A stretch of 64,000 bases of DNA. It comes from Catajapyx aquilonaris. Taxonomy: Eukaryota. The stretch is taken from positions 1 to 64,000 of the forward strand of contig KZ538512.1 in NCBI GenBank assembly GCA_000934665.2. The letters are read 5' to 3'. The position numbers and the translations under genes were made by a program. The notes below the pieces were generated by a model that was given only the letters and a program-made list of their open reading frames with translations, was not told the origin of the DNA and did no database searches. Positions 38,836 to 51,887 of the stretch are shown one piece after another (position 1 is the first letter of the stretch; each line of letters starts with the position of its first letter).

Positions 38836-39511
38836 CCTGAATACTCTCTGGACACACTCTATAGGACTAAGACTGGCTTGATCCCTGATGGCAAGCTCCC
38901 TTTTCAATGGTAGAGCTGCACCTTATTGCACCATGTCACGCACGATGCGATGAGTGGTGCCTAGTGCTGACGTGTTTTCAGGCAGAATATCTCACTAACA
39001 TATGGTCGTATCAGAATATCTTGCGACAGTGATAACATATTGCCCGTACCTGAGCTCTTACACCATAATTACGTTACATTACGTACGATTAGTGACACTT
39101 GCATCAGGGATTTTGTGGTACAGTACTGATGATTTGTGGTTTATATATTGTGATGGGTTGTGATAGTGATGGGTTGCTTGACTATGTGTGTTTGGTGTGA
39201 TTGGTGCTAATGGTGATTGGTGGTAGGTGTTGGGAAGCTCTCATTCATTTTGCGTGAGAGTGCTATTTTTTACTTGTATGAATGTCAACATATGCAATGT
39301 GAATGTATGGTTGGTCGGCCGAAGTGGCCTTGGCACAAGCACACCTTGGATATATTCATATACATAATGTAAGTGGTGGTAAAAGCTGAACATAATACAA
39401 CAATGCAAGCTAATATATTTGAAGGTTATTTTTATTCATGAGGATGCTACAGTATGTTTGCAAAGAAAGTATACCGTAACTTATTATGTGTTATTTACTA
39501 GATTGGCTTAC

Positions 39512-39679
39512 CTGCTTTAGGGAATTCTCTGTTCTTCTCTCGATTTGTTGTCAGTGGAAGTATTGTAACCTTTAAGGTGGTCATGGCCACATCCGAAGAA
39601 GGTTAATTCCAATTTTTTCTCGCTCTGCTGCAATAGTCTCTTTCACTACATCGGCTAAGACGTTCATGGCCTCCTCGTT
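39512..39679 (-). pseudogene. Fragment of the 3' end of a lineage-B P450 exon 1
   Basis: Matches gene 3 nucleotides (caatagtctctttcactacatcggc, ttcatggcctcctcgtt; encodes NEEAMN..ADVVKETIA..EREK). Keeps the splice donor GCAG|GTAAG. Internally deleted and frameshifted. Confidence 0.8.
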
Positions 39680-40557
39680 TTTATTGTTTCTCCCCCTCCT
39701 CTTGTGATTTTTGTGTCATCTTCATGTCTGTAAATGTACATCGACAGAGCTTCAAAAATCAGTAAAGGTCATCTCTGTAACCATTCCAGTTTTCGAATAC
39801 AGTGGAGGAGAAAATTCACGAACCAAGATAGCGTTGATAAAATAATATCTGAAAATTGAATGTAGAACAAGATACCTGTGTTGACCCATGGTGATATTTG
39901 TGGGATTTAAGTAAACACGTTAAAAAATAATGGCATACAGTGATACATTGCATTGGGTGAAATGTTGCGTCAGGCTGATGTTGTTTGTACAGGCACACAC
40001 AGAGTATGTAGGTTTTTAATCTGACATTTGCCTCTTTTTTCTCGATTAAATCACACGTTCGTGAATCATAGCTGATACCATATAGTGTATGTAAGGTACT
40101 GTGCTGGATACGTAGGGGCATAAAAATCATTTGTTGGCACTTAACACGCTCAACATGGATGGCAGAGTATGACAAAAATACATTTTTTGACAGTGGGCAC
40201 AGGGCACTGACAGGATACGATATCGATCCAAACATATAACTAAATCTTCCCACTTCCCATTAGGTTTGACATTATTAATCAGAGTAAATTTTGATTAATA
40301 TTCTCAGCATATATTTTACACAGTATTTATGCATATGTACACAAAGTACTCCAAAAGGTTTAAAACATTTCAATCAAAAACTTATAAGCTTTTCCATTTA
40401 TATTTAATACTTCAGCCAATTATAACTCTTCGGGAAGAATAACTTCAGCTATAGTATCACAAATGAAGAAATGGGTATATATTCTCTTGAGGAAATGAGT
40501 GCTGCATCAAGGAATTCTTATGGTATCCTTCATTTATGATTATTCATATTTACAAAG

Positions 40558-42830
40558 TCAGTTGGTTCTCTTTTCAAGTCTCAGCCACACCCCTTCTTTG
40601 GACCTGAGCATAGGCGAAAGTAAGGAGTATTTCATCGGAATCGTTGTCTTCTCTGTAGGATGAAGACGGAAGTTGAGGATGGTGTGTGCCAGGATTGTTT
40701 TGACTTGCATCAGAGCGAAACGCATTCCTATTCAGTAAAGCAATAACCAGAATTATCAACATACACTGACTGTAGAGATACTCTGGCACATAGACTAATG
40801 ACATTCTTGTCATACCTATGCAATTTCGAGGTCCATGCCCAAAAGGTTGATAAACGTATGGGGACCTCTTTGCCTTCTCTTCAGAGCTGAATCTCTCAGG
40901 ATCAAACTTCATCGGATTGGGGAAATAACGCTCGTCGTGATGTACAGCGAAAGCAGGAAACATCACTGATGTCCCCTTTTTAATGGTGGCATCTGTCCCG
41001 GGCACCTGCAAATCTTTGGTGCATGCCCTGAGGATCCTAGTTGCAGGACCGCGGAGACGTAGTGTTTCTGAAGCAGGACAGTTTCTTAGCATTTACAGAA
41101 CATCATTCCACTCAATTTACGTCTAGTGATCTGGGCTATAACAGCAGCTCGAGTGCAAAAATATCAGGCATACATTTTTATCAAATACCTCCTGTTACGG
41201 TGTACTTTTAATAGCTTTGCAAAATGTGAGATTTAGGAAAATGATCCTACTGACTTCTAGCAGTGTTTAAGAGAATCGTTCAGTACGCACAGTCATAGCC
41301 TCAAAGGTCAATGTCACAATAAACTCTGAAAATAAGCTCGAACGTAATTTCCAACATCACACGTCAGTAACATGAGGCCAGCAAACAACATTCTCTACCT
41401 TTGCGAAAAAAGGCAATAAAATAATTCTGAACCCAAAATATAGAACTAAAATATTGTAAACATATACGAAACAACAATAATAGCCCTAATAATTAATAAT
41501 ATGAATCATAAAATTCTACTAAATATTAAGCCTGTGCTTCACCATGGATAATTTTGTCCAATAGCTCCATGTTCATGACGTCATCATAAGTCAATTGCCC
41601 ATCGTGTCTGTCCGATGCTTCCTTCACCTCCTCATACAACTTCTCCTGGATGTCCGGGTTGACAGCCATCTCGTAGGCAGCAAATGACAATGTATTAGCC
41701 GTCGTGTCATACCCAACGATGAGAAATACTATGCATTGAGCTATCAGAAGAGGCTCCGTCAACACTGCAAAAATAAATTAAACGGCGTCTGTTTTGGCGT
41801 ACTGTATGTTAATAATCATCTACAGTATAATGATGATAAAAATAATAATCAGTATGTCTGTATGTCTACCTGCTTTGGAAAGAGCCTTGCGTTTTTCTGC
41901 AGCGACCTGGTCAGAACTTGGGTTGTACCCGATTAGATTGTCCGACTCAAGATCGTCCAGCTCTCCTTTCCTGGCGTCCAGAAGCAACTGCAGAAAGTCC
42001 CTTCCTTTCACCCCACTTTTTTCGCGATGTTCAATCGCATCTTTGGCCACTGATACGAAGTAGTCCATGGCCTCGTTTGAGTCAGGTAAAGGGACACGGA
42101 GGATGCGCAACAATTTCACAAAACGGGGGGCAGCAATGACGGTCAGAAGTACAATGAATCCGAGGACACCTGGATTCAGCACCTTTTTAGCCATCCGCGG
42201 AAAGGGCGCATCCGGATGTTTGAATGAGTCGCAGTCGATCCCAAAGGACGTGATCGCCACGACGTCCATCACCAGCCTCCCATAGGCATCCTTCATTTCC
42301 ACAGATTCTCCCAAATCAGCCTGTTTCTCCAGGTAATCTGCCATCCTCTGGCAGCATTTGGGCATGGACTGGAAAATCTGCTTGATTTTACCGGAGGTGA
42401 ACGTTGGTGACACTACGTTCCTCACGTCCTTCCACTGCTGCCCAACAAGGTTGGATAGCGCTAGATTAAGATAATTGTCCTTTCCGCCAAATTCAAATAC
42501 AGGTCTGTCCACAAAGTGATCAAAATTCTTGACGTAGACGCTTCTCATCATGTCCGGATCCACAATCCACAAGGTGGAACCCATGATTTCGACGGCTCCT
42601 GCGCACTTGGCACCGGTCTGCACAAAGTAATTGTAAATATCCAGATCTGCGTCGCCATTGGATTTCGTCACCAGGATTTGTTTCAGGAAACTTTTCACTG
42701 TGACTGAAGGGGGTAGTGCATGAAATCCTGCACTTTCCCACCTCTTAGTATACCAAATTAACAACACTGTAATTAGAGAGATGATCCCGACCACCACCGC
42801 GACAAAGAGGCACCCGACAACCCACAACAT
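40558..42830 (-). CDS. Cytochrome P450 gene 10 (lineage D, most divergent), about 534 aa
   Basis: Exons 42830-41870, 41764-41543, 41067-40816, 40727-40558. I-helix [37 protein letters not shown]. Confidence 0.95.
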
Positions 42831-43286
42831 TTTGCGTCACTCCTACAGTCCTATTAGGTACCGCGCTGAGGTCTGCTCGCTAACGAGCTCCACTGTGCAC
42901 TGGCTTTAGTTCCTGTACGCTTGGCAAGGAGGCTGCTCATACGCAGTAGTTCTTGGTCAGTATTAGTCAAGGACAAAGTGAGGACTAGTGACGCCCGTGG
43001 CAGCGGAACAAACCTTGATAAAGTTGTGATGTATCTGGAAATTCAACGTAGGCTCGTAGCAAAATACATTCTGTAGTTTTCATATCCAGAGAGCCATTGG
43101 AGTAAACAAGTAATAATTTATAATATATTGTGATCTACTGTAATCATCATTGGTGCAATGTTGCTAGCAATGAGTTTGGCAGAATGTTGTTGTGGGTGTG
43201 TGCGTTAGTGCATATGTGTGGGTTGTAACGTACAACCCTTACTTCTTTGATCTACATATTGCCCTCATGTCCGTAAATACACGTGT

Positions 43287-43996
43287 ATAATGGGGTCCTA
43301 GCCTTCATTTTGGAAACTACATCAAAAATTCGCCCATATTATTATTTTTTTTTTTGCGGATTCCGTTTCAAGAAATCAGTTTTAGTTCCCGAGCTTTTAG
43401 CGTTTTTTTAGTTATGATATGGTGACGTCACTGTTCTAAATAAATGTTGACGTCACGCAAAGTGAAATGAAGGCGAGAATGATGTTATATAGAACGCGCC
43501 CCGGCATGGTCGTAAAATAATTCGTTGTAAAGTACAGTTCTGGACACTGCGGTGGGCTGGACATTTTAGCAGTCCAAGTGTTTACTGCCAGGTAACGGGG
43601 GCGTTTTTACTCTAATCCGCTCAAGGCGCTTTTGCCCGGCAGTGGTGTCAACCTGCAGGAATGTTCTGTCTCCTGAATTCGGCACATTCTCCACCTCGAT
43701 GGCCTACAGCCGCCTTGCGTATGGTTTCCGTCATGTCCGCGGTAAATTTTAAATCAACTTCCTCATCTCTCGCAGTCAACCAGGCATTTTAGTCAACCCT
43801 TCGGTTGGCACCACTCGCCTCAGAGACCAAGCCCCGTTTTTCCCGCCAATTTTGAAGGCACTTTTAAATATGCCGTAATTTATCCAGTAATGTCATTTTG
43901 ATACAACAGAGTGATGAATGTGTGTTTACAGGCATGGGCTAGCTATTTATGAACAAAAATCCAAAATCCCAGACCAAGTCTATAGGACCCCATTAT
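43287..43996. mobile_element. Non-autonomous DNA transposon (about 710 bp)
   Basis: 14-bp perfect inverted termini ATAATGGGGTCCTA / TAGGACCCCATTAT and internal TGACGTCA motifs. Begins where homology with the gene 12 upstream region ends. Confidence 0.65.
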
Positions 43997-44963
43997 TGTT
44001 GATGATAGCATGCCCGTATTTGCTGGATAACCTATTTATTGACAATAAGCATGCTTAAAGTGCGTTGCAAACTTTGACAGAATGCATATCTGGAAGTGGG
44101 AACTGAAAAAATAAAGAAAAAATAAGAATTTCATGGTGCAAGCTTTTCCCAACATATGGCGAAGTACACTGTCTTATAAGTTAGTAGAGGTTGCATCCCA
44201 AATATACTCGTACAGCATCCATTTTCGCGCACTTTCTCTCTGGCAGGCCGGTTTAAAATGTTTGAAAATGTATGTATCTCCACAGATACATTGCCAATTG
44301 ATGGGTTAAAAAGCATTTTTAACTGCCGGTACTTTTTAACCATCTGACTGGTAGTAATAATAGTCATCCTGATGCTTATGAGATTGATATCAAACCTACC
44401 TTGCTCTATGGGTCGCCTGCCTCGGAGGTAGCTGTAGGTGTCGCATAGAGGTCAGGTATTGAATATAGCGGAGATTGACAGCGACAAGGAGTTTTCTGCT
44501 AATTAATCATTATAATATATACGTACCTAGAGTAGGTGTGATATTACGCATAACCTACAAAAATTATGCTGATGGCTAATTACAGTTCCTGAACGTCTGT
44601 TATTGCCAAATGTTTGCCACCAAATTCCAGTGAGATGCGATTATTTATGTCACTTCATTTATTCTGATTCGGTATGATGTCCCGTCAGCCAAGCGATATG
44701 ATAAGTAAGTGTGTCGACCTCGATGTTGACAAATGACAGAAGCAGAATGACAAGTATTTCAAACTTGGTGGACCCAATTTCGGGGTGGTGCTGGGTATAA
44801 TAGGGGGAGATCTTTGTTCACATAAGGTCATCTGCTCACTCCCCTGTACTGAGAAGTTAAAATAACGATTTTAAACTCTAGGCATTGAAATAAACGACGA
44901 CCTGACAAAAATTACTTTATTAATTCACTATTGTGATTTTTTAACGGGAATTTCAGAGGCAGA

Positions 44964-45053
44964 GGGTTCGAAGAAATGGTGGATAATGGAGAATGGTTGT
45001 TGCTAATGTTATTGTTCAGCATTGGCTTTCATCAAGGCATATCTCACACCTGG
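44964..45053 (-). pseudogene. Fragment of the 5' half of a lineage-E P450 exon 4
   Basis: ggttcgaag...gaatggttgttgctaatg...ttggctttcatcaaggcatatctcacacctgg aligns to exon 4 of genes 11/15/16, including the acceptor, with indels. Confidence 0.7.
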
Positions 45054-45299
45054 GTATCCTCATCGTGCACAAAAAGATTGCAAATTGGTGCTGTTGTACG
45101 ATATCAGTGAGTTCACCAGCAAAGGCCTATCTCTCGAATGAAATTGACAGAGATATTGACATATCTCCCTCACTGACGAGATAATATTTCACCCTGTCAC
45201 AATACTGACATTCAGGTAACACCGAATCATATTAGATATTTTCTGCATGGAACAGCATGAAATGATATTATTTTACACATATGTATAGCCGAAGCAGTT

Positions 45300-45490
45300 T
45301 GGAGGAGGGGACATGGTGTCCGACTGCTAATCGGGAGGTCCTTCCGTAATTAATAAGCCACAACCGCTTCCTTCCGTCCCTATCCTATCCTCGCAAAGAG
45401 CACAGTAAAAAAAATGAAAGCAAAGAGTTCCAGGCAAAACAAACCTCCCCCCTAAGGGGCCGATGGCTGATAACGGGATATGAATTATCA

Positions 45491-45566
<76 letters not shown>

Positions 45567-45573
45567 TATTATT
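45300..45573 (+). mobile_element. Degenerate SINE with long (TTA)n tail
   Basis: Head ggggacatggtg..cgggaggtcc resembles the 28126 SINE. 3' end cctcccccctaagg..gataacggg followed by (TTA)n. Confidence 0.55.
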
Positions 45574-45758
45574 ATATTTACACATATTTACGGAAGGCCA
45601 ATTTACGGGGTCCCATGCAGGCGCATCAATTAGGCTTGTTCAATCAAGTTCCATGGTGCGTAATAATAATTCTTTTAATGTAGCTTTTATTTATTATTAG
45701 AATTGAGGTCTATGGAATCCAAGTACTGTGCAATGTTTACGAAGATTTTACCGAAACA

Positions 45759-48289
45759 TTACTTGTCTCTCTTAACAACTTTGAGCCAGACACCATTACT
45801 GGCTCGACTTAGAGAAGCAGCCAGAGAATATTTCATTGGAATTTGAGTCCTTTCGGAAGGTTCGAAGCGATAGTGGAGAAGGGTTGTTGCTAATGCGGCT
45901 TTGGCTTCCATCAAGGCAAATCTCATACCTGGAAACAGAGAAAAAAACTGATTATTTCAATACCCTCGTGTTTCATAACCTGTACTGGGCTAGAGAGTCA
46001 CGATATTCTTCATTCATAATTATTTACATCATCAGTAGAAATACAACATAAATTATTAATCTATAGATTATTAAAACCAGATGCTCAAATTAACCGTTTA
46101 TCGGTTAAGTTCTTACCAACACAGTTTCGTGGTCCGTGTCCAAATGCCTGGAAGAGATAGGGACTTCTCTTGGCCTTTTCTTCTGGACTGAATCTTTCGG
46201 GATCGAACTTGGTCGGGTTAGGAAAGTAAGTCTCGTCGCGATGGATGGCAAATGACGGGAAAATCACTATGGAACCTTTTGAGATCACGTCGTCAGTGCC
46301 TGGGATCTGGTAGTCTTTGGTGCACGTCCGGATAGCTTTAAATGCAGGGGTGTGCAGGCGAAGTGTTTCTGTGAAAAAAGCCAAGTTGAAACCTGCACGA
46401 TTTGTACTTATCAATCAGTATCTGAAACTAAATAATTCACGGCATGGGAAGTAAGCATGTATTGTACGGTATGTGTGTTGAATGGACTCATTTCACTTTT
46501 CTGTTAACATGAATTTAATAAAAACACTGACTGGAAGTCGCCAAGAAACATTCGAGGAGTTTATTAAGGCCATTTCACAAAAAAAATTGCCTTTACTCGT
46601 CTATGCTCTATGGATATTAGATATTTTAGAGCAAGGACATGTGTATAGAACCGATACATATTAAGATCTACGATCGTGTCATAATAGACCTCACGACTCT
46701 ATATGCCAATATTTACGAGTAGGAACAGAGAAAATCATCGGCACCTCAAAATTATTGTGTCGTTCTGTTAAACTATTTATTCACCTGGAGTGGCATGTCA
46801 TTATTTTCATTCTATTTCCTTAATAAATAAACCTATAGAAAAATCTGCAAATTGAGTAAAATATTTATTGACATTGGCGTTGAAATTACCTTTAAGAGGT
46901 ATGCTATTGTTCCAAATTGAAGGGTGAATTTAAGCTAAAGCCAGTGGGTGCTACTTCAGATATAGCGAAAACCCAAACCAAATAATTATTGTGACAGAAT
47001 GCTGGTTAAGAAACATCTCACATACCGTGAATGACCTTGTCCAGCAATTCCATTTCCATGATGGCGTTGTAGGTGACCTGTCCATCGTGCTTGTCAACCG
47101 CCATTTTAATCTCCTCATACAGTTCTTCCTGAACTTCTGGATGGAGAGCCAGCTCGTAGGAAGCAAATCCTAGGGTATTGGCCGTCGTTTCATAACCAGC
47201 AATGAAGAATATTATGCACTGGGCGATGACCAGTGTTTCATTCATAACTGAAAACGTGAAGTGATTTTTCAATACTGTAGCACGTAGCCTATTGTAGAAA
47301 GAGAATTATGTAAATGATTGTGATTATTATACATTACCAGCTTTTGATAGAGCCCTGCGTTCTTCCGCAGATTTCAGATCCGTGCTGTAACCTATCAGTT
47401 TATCGGATTCTGCTTCTTCCTGCAATTCCCCTTTCTTTGCATCCAAGAGCAACTGCAAGAAGTCGTTCCCTTTGATCCCGCTTTTCTCACGCTCTGCAAT
47501 TGTCGCTCTTGTCACATCAGCAAAAAATTTAACTTCATTCTCGGTATTTGGCAATGGAAATCGAATGGCGCGCAAAAATTTCATTAATCTGGGCACGATG
47601 AAGTTCATAATCATCACAAAGAAAACCCCTGGTTTCGGAAACATCAACCTGCTGGCCATCTTTGGGAAGACTGCTTCTTCATCCCTAAATGAATTACAAG
47701 TGACGCCGAAGGCAGATGCTGCGATCACATCCATCGTGAACCTCCCATAGGCATCTTTGACCTCCACTTCCTCTCCGTTTTCAGCAAATTTATCAAAATG
47801 TGCCTTCAGCTGTTCACCAATTTCAAACACGGACGGGAAGATCCTCTTGATCTTACCAGATGTAAAGGTCGGGGTCACCACATTCCTCACATCCTTCCAC
47901 TGCTGTCCTGTCAGGTTGCCTAATCCCTTGTTGAAATACTCAAATTTTTTGCCCAAGTCGAATTGAGTTCTGTCCACAAAGTGGTCAAAATCCTTAACAA
48001 AAATATTCTTCATTAATTCAGGATCTCGGATCAGAATTCCTGGTCCAAACATATCCCACACTCCGACATATTTTTTCCCGGCCAATTTTTTGTACATGGC
48101 GACGTCAGCGTCTCCGTTAGACTTGGTGACAAATATGGCGTGGAGGTGACACTTCCAAAACAGGGTAGCTGGGGCAGAGGGAAATCCTCTTCTTTTCCAG
48201 TAACCACCACTCCACACCAGGAATATGGTCACCAGTAAGGTCACTCCCACAAGAGGGATGAATACGAGGTAGGCCAACAGCCACCACAT
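45759..48289 (-). CDS. Cytochrome P450 gene 11 (lineage E), about 531 aa
   Basis: Exons 48289-47338, 47247-47026, 46368-46117, 45928-45759. Motifs [25 protein letters not shown]. Confidence 0.95.
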
Positions 48290-49573
48290 GTTGGAGACAC
48301 TAACAGGTTACGTGCACGCACTGCGACCTTTGAATGACAACTAAGTGTGGAGGCTAGTGAGGCACTGTGGGTGGGACACGTCACAGATCATTAATTTTAT
48401 CCGCGGACTTCTGAAACGCAGGAGTGTGCAAGCCAAGGCCGAACTCATCATACCCTTGAACCACGTGTTCCAGCAGCAACTTAGATGTTGGTAGTTTTTA
48501 AATGGGTTTTTATACGTGTATTTTATTCTAGAACCTATTGGCTCATTTTTGTCAGTGTTTTTTTTCCATTCCTGCAGTTCCATAATGAGGATGGTAAGAT
48601 ATTGCTTTTGACGTTTCTTAAGTGGGCCATTCTGCAACAGAGAAGTGGGGTCTGGGAGGGGGTTAGCGTTGGTCATTTGTTTCTCCCCCTCCTCTTGTGA
48701 TTTTTGTATCCTCTTCATGTCTGTCATGTCTGTAAATGTACTACATCGACAGAGCTTCAAAAATCGGTAGAGGTCATATCTGTAACCTTTCCAGTTTTCG
48801 AGTACATTGGAGGAGAAAATTCACGAACCAAGATAGCGTTGATAAAATAATATCTGAAAATTAAAATTTCATGGAATGTAGAACCAGATACCTGTGCTTA
48901 ACGCTTGGTGATATTTGTGGGATTTAAGTAAACACGTTTAAAAAACTGGCCTACCGGGATACAATGGGTGAAAGTTGCGTCAGCAAGGGGTTTAGTAGGC
49001 TGATGTTGTTTGTACATGCACATACAGAGTATGTAGAATTTTAATCTGACATTTACCTCTTTTCTCTCGATTAAATCACACGTTCGTGAATCATAGCTGA
49101 TAGCGTATAGTGTATGCAAGGTACCGTGCTATATACATACAGGCATAAAAATCATTTGTTGGCAATTAACACGTTCAACATGGATGGCAGAGTATGACAA
49201 AAATGCAGTGGGCACTGACAGGATACGATATCGATCAAAACATAGAACTAAATCGTCCCCCTTCCCATTAGGTTTGACATTATTAATCAGAGTAAATTTT
49301 GATTAATATTCTCAGCATATATTTTACACAGTATTTATGAATATGTACGATGCTGTCCACTAAAAAGTGCACTCCAAAATGTTTCCAACATTTCAATCAA
49401 AAACATAAGCTTTTACATTTACATTTAATACTTCAGCCGATTATAACTCTTCGGGAAATAATAACTTCAGCTATAGTATCACAAATGAAGAAATGGGTAA
49501 ATATTCTCTTGAGGAAATGTGGGCTGCATCAAGGCATTCTTATGGTCTCCTTCATTTATATGATTATTCATAT

Positions 49574-51887
49574 TTACAAAGTCAGTTTGGTTCTCTTTTC
49601 AAGTCTCAGCCATACCCCTTCTTTGGACTTCAGCATAGTCGAAAGTAAGGAATATTTCATAGGAATCGTTGTCTTCTCTGTAGGATGAAGACGGAAGTTG
49701 AGGATGGTGTGTGCCAGGATTGTTTTGACTTGCATCAGAGCGAAACGCATTCCTATTCAGTAAAGCAATAACCAGAATTAGCAACATATACACTGACTAT
49801 ATAGGTACTCTGGCACATAGATAATAATGGCAATCGTGTCATACCTATGCAATTTCTAGGTCCATGTCCAAAAGGTTGATAAACGTATGGGGACCTCTTT
49901 GCCTTCTCTTCAGAGCTGAATCTCTCAGGATCAAACTTCATCGGATTGGGGAAATAACGCTCGTTGTGATGTACAGCGAAAGCAGGAAACGTCAGTGTCG
50001 TTCCCTTTTTAATGGTGGCATCTGTCCCGGGCACCTGCAAATCTTTGGTGCATGCCCTGAGGATCCTAGTTGCAGGACCGCGGAGACGTAGTGTTTCTGA
50101 AGAAGGACAGTTTCTTAGCATTTACGGAACATCATTCCACTCAATTTACGTCTAGTGATCTGGGCTATAACAGCAGCTCGAATCAGTGTAAAAAATATCA
50201 GGCATACATTTCTATCAAATACCTCCTGTTACGGTGTACTTTTAATAGCTTCGCAAAATGTGAGGTTTAGAAAATTGATCCGACTGACTTCTATAGCCTC
50301 AGTGTTTAAGAGAATTGTTCAGTAGGCACGCAATCAAAGCCTCAAAGGTCAATCTCATAATAAACTCCGAAAATAAGCTCGAACGTAATTTCCAACATCA
50401 CACGTCAGTAACAAGAGGCCAGCAAACAATATTCTGTGCCCTATCATTGCGAAAATAGGCAATAAAATAATTCTGAACCCAAAGTATAGATACTATAGAA
50501 CGACAATATTGTGAACATATCCGAAACAACAATAATAATAGCCCTATAATAATTCATAATATCAATAATAAAATTCTGCTAAATATTAAGTTTGTCTCAC
50601 CATGGATAATTTTGTCCAATAGCTCCATGTTCATAACGTCATCATAAGTCAATTGCCCATCGTGTTTGTCCGCTGCTTTCTTCACCTCCTCATACAACTT
50701 CTCTTGAATGTCCGGGTTGACCGCCATCTCGTAGGCAGCAAATGACAATGTATTAGCCGTCGTGTCATACCCAACTAGGAGAAGTACTATGCATTGAGCT
50801 ATCAAAAGAGGCTCCGTCAACACTGCAAAAATAAATTAAACGCCGTCTGTTTTGGTGTACTGTATATGTTAATAATATCATTTATAATGATGATATAATA
50901 TGCAGTATGTCTGTACGTCTACGTACCTGCTTTGGAAAGAGCCTTGCGTTTTTCTGTAGCGACCTGGTCAGAACTTGGGTTGTACCCGATTAGATTATCT
51001 GACTCAAGATCGTCCAACTCTCCTTTCCTGGCATCCAGAAGCAACTGCAGAAAGTCCCGTCCTTTCACCCCACTTTTTTCGCGATGTTCAATCGCATCTT
51101 TTGCCACGGATGCAAAGTAGTCGTTGACCTCGTTTGATTCAGGTAAAGGGACACGCAGCATGCGCAACAATTTCACAAAGCGGGGGGCACCAATGGTGGC
51201 CAGAAGTAGAATTAATCCAATGACACCTGGGTTCATAATCTTTTTAGCCATCCGCGGAAAGGGTGCATCCGGATGTTTGAATGAGTCGCAGTCGATCCCA
51301 AAGGAGGTGCTCGCCACCACGTCCATCACCAGCCTCCCATAGGCATCCTTCATTTCCACAGATTCTCCCAAATCAGCCTGTTTCTCCAGGTAATCGGTCA
51401 GCTTCTGGCAGCATTTAGGCATGGACTGGAACATCAGCTTGATTTTCCCAGAAGTGAACGTTGGCGACATTACGTTCCTCACGTCCTTCCATTGCTGTCC
51501 AACAAGGTTGGATAGCGCTAGGTTAATATAATTGTCCTTTCCGCCAAATTCAAATACAGGTCTGTCCACAAAGTGATCAAAATTCTTGACGAAGACACTT
51601 CTCATCATGTCCGGATCCACAATCCACAAAGTGGAACCAAATATTTCGACGGCTCCTCCGCACTTGGCACCGGTCCGCAAAAAGTAATTGTAAATATCCA
51701 GATCTGCGTCGCCAGCGGATTTGGTTACCAGGATTTGTCTCAGGAAACTTTTTACTGTGACTGAAGGAGGTAGGGCATGAAATCCTGCACTTTCCCACCT
51801 CTTAGTATACCAAATTAACAACACTGTAATTAGAGAGATGATCCCGACCACCACCGCGACCAAGAGGCACCCGAGAACCCACAGCAT
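49574..51887 (-). CDS. Cytochrome P450 gene 12 (lineage D), about 537 aa
   Basis: Exons 51887-50927, 50822-50601, 50096-49845, 49752-49574. I-helix VGYDTT. A 1-nt indel next to the stop extends the C-terminus (EKRTKLTL versus EKRTN in gene 10). Confidence 0.94.

Noticed and set aside
44394..44460. Hairpin with a let-7-like GAGGTAG stretch
   Set aside because: The stem is short and wobble-rich, the seed-like bases fall in the loop, and the rest does not match let-7.
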